DNA of 11,552 nucleotides from a virus: UHGV virus genome UHGV-0140649; one strand, 5' to 3'. Shown piece by piece: positions 7,886 to 11,552 of this stretch (position 1 is its first letter; each line of letters starts with the position of its first letter). The notes under the pieces were generated by a model. It saw only the letters and a program-made list of their open reading frames with translations, ran no database searches and was not told where the DNA came from. The position numbers and the translations under genes were made by a program.

Positions 7886-8033
7886 GTTTCACTCCTGCTT
7901 TGGCTAGTCTGTAAACACCAACAAGGCGTTCTGCGAACGCCCTGTTATTTGCTGCGGCTACCACTAATCCCTCAGGTGAATCAGGGTGTCGAATCTCTTC
8001 TTTTTCCTGGTATTTCTTACGACGTTTTGTCAT
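7872..8033 (-). CDS. Hypothetical small basic protein (53 aa) between cII and O
   Basis: ATG at 8033-8031 with AGGAG 6 nt upstream; hand translation [53 protein letters not shown]; its 3' end overlaps the O start by 14 nt. Below the ORF-track size cut-off. Confidence 0.3.
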   Translation of the reverse strand: MTKRRKKYQEKEEIRHPDSPEGLVVAAANNRAFAERLVGVYRLAKAGVKHGRR

Positions 8034-8065
8034 AATTACTCCTGTGGATTGATCCAGTAATTCCC

Positions 8066-8362
8066 TCAGAATTGCATATCAATTTGCTTAAAATCCTCGG
8101 TGGCGGCCGGGGATTTTTTCTTTGTGATTTCATCAAGCGCATACTTAAAAGCCCTGCTAATCGGACTGATGTCTGATGCCATTCCGAAAGCACACAGGAC
8201 CGAAGCAATAAACCGCCAGTCCGTTCTGCTTATCTTCGATTCATGACAGCCAATCATCTTTGCCAGACCGCGCTGGGTAAGCGTTGACAGGTTGATGAGT
8301 AAATCTGTTTCTGCACGATCAACGTCGCGCTGTGATAGTTTGCTGTAACTTGTTTGTTCCAT
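8066..8362 (-). CDS. cII: CII-like transcriptional activator (lysogeny establishment)
   Basis: 98 aa. The C-terminal half aligns with lambda CII as recalled (K.ISR...KKK.PAATE...QI.M.F), in the expected position downstream of cro. Confidence 0.8.
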   Translation of the reverse strand: MEQTSYSKLSQRDVDRAETDLLINLSTLTQRGLAKMIGCHESKISRTDWRFIASVLCAFGMASDISPISRAFKYALDEITKKKSPAATEDFKQIDMQF

Positions 8363-8372
8363 TTCTTAAGAT
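8340..8372 (+). promoter_or_regulatory. Candidate PRE-like CII-activated promoter at the 5' end of cII
   Basis: TTGC-N6-TTGT direct repeat (8340-8353) resembles the CII box TTGC-N6-TTGC; a possible -10 TAAGAT lies at 8366-8371. Confidence 0.3.
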
Positions 8373-8401
8373 TTCCAATAGTGAATAGTTAGTTGAAAGG
8401 T

Positions 8402-8417
8402 ATGCGTGGAAACGCAT
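8402..8417 (-). terminator. Possible tR1-like hairpin between cro and cII
   Basis: Palindrome atgcgt-ggaa-acgcat; the U tract on the minus-strand transcript is weak. Confidence 0.25.
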
Positions 8418-8447
8418 ATGGCCTTAGTTGGTCAGATATATTGGGAC

Positions 8448-8462
8448 TCGCTTTGTCAGCGA
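8448..8462 (-). promoter_or_regulatory. nutR boxB hairpin (P22 type, GACAA loop)
   Basis: The minus-strand transcript reads UCGCUGACAAAGCGA (5-bp stem, loop GACAA), matching the P22 boxB sequence as recalled; located between cro and cII. Confidence 0.6.
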
Positions 8463-8500
8463 CGTAGGACGAATGTCCATTGTGAAAATAGCGGTGTTAC

Positions 8501-8734
8501 TTATGCAGCCGATGCTTTACGCGATACGAACACTAGGTTTTCCTTTTTCACAGGTTTATAACCCGTGAAATTACGAGTAGCTTCTTCGATTGCATTCGCT
8601 TTATCAGGGGAAGCTCTTCGAAATCCATATGCAATCTGGTCAAGATAGCCAACTGAAGTTTTCGCTAATGCGGCGAGTCGCTTCCATTCCTCACTAGAAG
8701 CCTCTTTTCGCCAGCGTAGTAGTTCATTACTCAT
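8501..8734 (-). CDS. cro: Cro-like repressor (first gene of the PR operon)
   Basis: 77-aa ORF divergent from cI, GGAGG 6 nt upstream of its ATG, with a helix-turn-helix-like segment (TSVGYLDQIAYGFRRASPDKANAIEEAT). Confidence 0.65.
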   Translation of the reverse strand: MSNELLRWRKEASSEEWKRLAALAKTSVGYLDQIAYGFRRASPDKANAIEEATRNFTGYKPVKKENLVFVSRKASAA

Positions 8735-8761
8735 TAGTGCCTCCGTTTATCACACAGAACA

Positions 8762-8834
8762 ACTTTACCATTTTGATAAATCATCCGCAATGTAAATTTA
8801 TCATATTGCGTATTTATCCATTTGCTAAATAGAG
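8762..8834. promoter_or_regulatory. OR operator region with divergent PR and PRM promoters
   Basis: Repeated operator-like motif around TTTATC/GATAAA at 8745, 8775, 8798 and 8813. PR candidate on the minus strand: TTGCGG (8790-8785), 17 nt, TAAAGT (8767-8762). PRM candidate on the plus strand: TTGCGT (8806-8811), 17 nt, ATAGAG. Confidence 0.5.
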
Positions 8835-8847
8835 GGAAAATTGTGAG

Positions 8848-9552
8848 ATGGAAAACAAAGATATTCGCAAATCGAATCTGGCGTTTTTGCTAGATGAGCA
8901 TAAAAAAATCGCGGGTAACACTAATGCAAGCTTTGCCGATAAGCTTGGGGTTAGCCCTTCTCAACTCACGCAAGTCTCCGGTGAAAAAAGCACTCGAAAC
9001 ATAGGGGATAAACTAGCAAGAAAATTTGAAGCCGCGCTTGGGTTACCTAATGGGTGGCTTGATTTGGTACATGATGTAACACCAATTGCATCATGCTCAG
9101 ATTCTTTAACTTTTGTCGGTCAGGTAAGAAAAGGGTTAGTGCGCGTGGTTGGTGAGGCAATTCTTGGTGTTGATGGTGCCATCGAGATGACCGAAGAGCG
9201 CGATGGGTGGCTCAAAATTTATAGCGATGATCCAGATGCCTTTGGCCTTCGTGTGAAAGGAGACAGCATGTGGCCCAGAATAAAATCAGGAGAATATGTA
9301 CTCATTGAGCCTAACACCAAAGTATTCCCGGGTGATGAGGTGTTTGTCAGAACCGTTGAAGGACACAACATGATTAAGGTTCTTGGCTATGACAGAGATG
9401 GAGAATATCAATTTACAAGCATCAACCAGGACCACAGGCCAATAACGTTGCCTTATCATCAAGTAGCAAAGGTGGAGTATGTTGCTGGTATTCTGAAGCA
9501 ATCTCGCCATCTGGATGACATCGAGGCAAGGGAATGGCTGAAAAGTTCGTGA
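8848..9552 (+). CDS. cI: CI-type phage repressor (HTH plus S24 LexA-like autopeptidase domain)
   Basis: 234 aa. N-terminal HTH (ASFADKLGVSPSQLTQV) and C-terminal S24 block including LRVKGDSMWPRIKSGEYVLIEP. Confidence 0.9.
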   Translation: MENKDIRKSNLAFLLDEHKKIAGNTNASFADKLGVSPSQLTQVSGEKSTRNIGDKLARKFEAALGLPNGWLDLVHDVTPIASCSDSLTFVGQVRKGLVRVVGEAILGVDGAIEMTEERDGWLKIYSDDPDAFGLRVKGDSMWPRIKSGEYVLIEPNTKVFPGDEVFVRTVEGHNMIKVLGYDRDGEYQFTSINQDHRPITLPYHQVAKVEYVAGILKQSRHLDDIEAREWLKSS

Positions 9553-9632
9553 CTTCATCGTCACACAGCTGGTAAGTATCCAATTTTTATAATCACTAAT
9601 TTAACTAGCAAGGTTGTGCCGAAGGTGTTGTA

Positions 9633-10658
9633 ATGAAAGATATTATTAATGTTTCAAGTCTGGACGACATTGAATCTTTGTTTGCAAGGTTAGATGGTGG
9701 CGAAGAGATCACTATCGACAGGATCAAGTTAGACCTCTTCAATAATGTGAATTTTAAGATTTATGGTGATCCTTCTCGCTACAACGGAACGCTTCCATCT
9801 CCTCTAGCTCAGGGTTTATGCGAATTTCAGACTGAAATTTATAAAGTTTTCACACTAATAAAATATAAAACTGACAACCTTCAAAGGTTAACTGGTAAAG
9901 ATAAAGAGGAAGCAGAGATCATCTTTACCATTAATGAAGGTTGTACTGATATACTTGCTGCATTAACAGAGCTTTTTGAAGCATTCGGTAAAGCCTTTGA
10001 GAAGGTAACACACGGTATGAGTCCTAGCCAAAAAACATTATGCTTCTTGTTTGCTGTCACCGTTATAGGCGGTGCATGGGTTGGTACATCATACTTAGAG
10101 AAAAAAGCCGAGGTAGAAGTCAAGCAAGAAGAAACAAAGCTCGAAGAAGCCAAGATTAAATCAGAAAACGAGCGCATGACGATATTAAGGGACGGAATGC
10201 TTGAGGCGATTAGAGCAAAAGCGGGCATAGATGCAGTAGAGCGCGCCGAAGGGATTCAAGAGCATACTGCAAAAGCGTATACAGGGGTATTAAAAGGCGC
10301 GTCTGATGCTGACAAAATTGTCATATCAGGCGCAAGCACAGTTGAACTGTCTAACAAAGAAATCCACGAACTAATCAAGAACCCTATCGAAAAAGCAAAA
10401 AAAGAAGAAAGAAACCTTGAATTAGTCATTGATGGAATCAAGCGTACTGCGGAAAAGATAACCCTAAGCTGCCGCGAACCATCTAGTGAAGACAGTTTCC
10501 CTGTTTCGGTGGACACGTCGTTCATAGATGATAAAGACGAGATCGCCATACTGTTTGATACAATGAAAGAAAACAGGACAGTAAAAATCTTGGGAAGCTA
10601 CACGATACGAGCAGGTGTAATAGAAAACGGAAACGCATCAACCATCACTCGCCCATAA
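9633..10658 (+). CDS. Hypothetical membrane-anchored coiled-coil protein (341 aa) in the rexAB-equivalent position
   Basis: AT-rich ORF with AAGGTG 5-6 nt upstream of its ATG, 80 bp after cI on the same strand and followed by a terminator. One hydrophobic segment (TLCFLFAVTVIGGAWVGTSYL), then a K/E-rich stretch (EKKAEVEVKQEETKLEEAKIKSENER). No family recognised. Confidence 0.7.
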   Translation: MKDIINVSSLDDIESLFARLDGGEEITIDRIKLDLFNNVNFKIYGDPSRYNGTLPSPLAQGLCEFQTEIYKVFTLIKYKTDNLQRLTGKDKEEAEIIFTINEGCTDILAALTELFEAFGKAFEKVTHGMSPSQKTLCFLFAVTVIGGAWVGTSYLEKKAEVEVKQEETKLEEAKIKSENERMTILRDGMLEAIRAKAGIDAVERAEGIQEHTAKAYTGVLKGASDADKIVISGASTVELSNKEIHELIKNPIEKAKKEERNLELVIDGIKRTAEKITLSCREPSSEDSFPVSVDTSFIDDKDEIAILFDTMKENRTVKILGSYTIRAGVIENGNASTITRP

Positions 10659-10668
10659 CAGAAAATCT

Positions 10669-10698
10669 AACCCCGGCCTCAGCGCCGGGTTTTCTTTG
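10669..10698 (+). terminator. Intrinsic terminator ending the cI operon
   Basis: Stem cccggc/gccggg (10672-10677/10684-10689), loop ctcagc, then ttttcttt. Confidence 0.65.
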
Positions 10699-10799
10699 CC
10701 TCACGATCCCCCACCTAAAAAAACATAACTCATTGTATTTGTTGAAAAATAAATAGATACAACTTGCTAAACAACGCAATCCAGATCTCCCTCAAATCT

Positions 10800-10920
10800 C
10801 TTTATTTATCCTGTCGAATTCCTACAACAAAATAAAACACCATAAGAATCAATACGATATTTGAAAACCAAGAGAATTTATCATTTTGCTATTGCCATTA
10901 ATTTATCATTCCGATAAAGT
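10800..10920 (+). promoter_or_regulatory. OL operator sites and PL promoter
   Basis: Operator-like motifs sharing the OR core: tttatttatcc (10800), gaatttatcatttt (10876) and taatttatcattcc (10899). PL candidate: TTGCCA (10892-10897), 17 nt, TAAAGT (10915-10920), the same -10 hexamer as the PR candidate. Confidence 0.5.
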
Positions 10921-10988
10921 TCACCCATCAGCAGGACGCATTACTCACCAGAGCGGTGAATATACAACGATTCGAATATGAATCTACG

Positions 10989-11003
10989 GCGCTGACAAAG
11001 CGC
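10989..11003 (+). promoter_or_regulatory. nutL boxB hairpin (P22 type)
   Basis: GCGCTGACAAAGCGC, a 5-bp stem with GACAA loop matching the P22 boxB-left RNA as recalled, about 60 nt downstream of the PL candidate and 165 nt upstream of N. Confidence 0.65.
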
Positions 11004-11168
11004 AATAACCAAAGTGAACTTTGGGGTGTGGTGAAGGGTTCATGGACGGGAATATGTCGCACGTAAAGCGGCGAGGCCTGCGGGACTATTGCCGAATTGA
11101 AGTAGGCCGAAACAGGTCGAAATGGGTCTCCCACCTACCACACCACCAAAGTTCATCAGGAGGTCTAT

Positions 11169-11552
11169 ATGACACGCAGAACTCAGTTCAAAGGCAATTC
11201 ACGTTCTCGTCGTCGTGAGCGTTTAAAGGCAAAGGCATTAGCTAACGGCGTGCTGGCCCGCGAAGAAGCAATAAGTTCAGAAGTATTACACCGCCCTACT
11301 CTAAGCAGAGCGCAGATTCAGGCTAAAGGTACTCACGAAACGCCTGAGCGCATAGAAGACGCTAAGCCAATTAAGTTCATGGCACAGGACGTGATCTGGC
11401 AACAGAAAGAATACAGACGCAATCTGGAGCGAGCGGCCATTGTGTACGCGAATGAGTTTGGACATAAGCAACCAGAAACTGGTGTATGTCTTCCAAACGT
11501 AGCCATTTACGCGGCAGGCTACCGGAAATCCAAACAACTGACGGCGAGGTGA
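11169..11552 (+). CDS. N: N-type early antitermination protein (P22 gp24-like)
   Basis: 127-aa ORF with AGGAGG 6 nt upstream of its ATG; N-terminal arginine-rich motif (GNSRSRRRERLKAKA); C-terminus VAIYAAGYRKSKQLTAR resembles the P22 gp24 C-terminus as recalled; downstream of PL and nutL. Confidence 0.75.
   Translation: MTRRTQFKGNSRSRRRERLKAKALANGVLAREEAISSEVLHRPTLSRAQIQAKGTHETPERIEDAKPIKFMAQDVIWQQKEYRRNLERAAIVYANEFGHKQPETGVCLPNVAIYAAGYRKSKQLTAR

Noticed and set aside
8017-8208. Minus-strand 63-aa ORF overlapping cII
   Set aside because: Alternative frame inside cII; the cII frame has the family match.
9881-10549. Minus-strand ORFs 9881-10228 and 10256-10549 antisense to the 341-aa gene, and 9286-9564 antisense to cI
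   Set aside because: Antisense to ORFs with good RBS and operon context; serine-rich, low-complexity products typical of AT-rich antisense frames.
10928-11218. ORFs 10928-11134 (-) and 11021-11218 (+) in the N leader
   Set aside because: They overlap nutL boxB and the leader duplex, or the N start; no RBS. The region is better explained as a structured leader RNA.
1-11552. CRISPR arrays, insertion sequences, integrase or attachment sites
   Set aside because: No regularly spaced repeat-spacer array, no transposase or integrase-like ORF and no terminal inverted repeats were seen; the window is internal to a prophage.

Overview
This window reads as the immunity, replication, nin and Q segment of a lambdoid (lambda/P22-mosaic) prophage from an enterobacterial host, lying in reverse orientation. 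All calls are from reading the sequence and recalled protein families; no searches were run. On the minus strand, from high to low coordinates: cro, cII, a small ORF, replication initiator O, a DnaB-family helicase, a tR2-like terminator, two small ORFs, ninB, an AT-rich inserted gene with its own promoter and terminators, a Rha/KilAC antirepressor, ninG, Q, the late promoter and terminator, and the start of a NanS-p-like esterase gene that runs off the window. On the plus strand: cI, an AT-rich 341-aa membrane/coiled-coil ORF in the position lambda gives to rexAB, a terminator, OL/PL, nutL and N. The two best candidates for an undescribed function are that 341-aa ORF and the 337-aa nin-region insert. 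No tRNA, rRNA, CRISPR array or transposase was seen.
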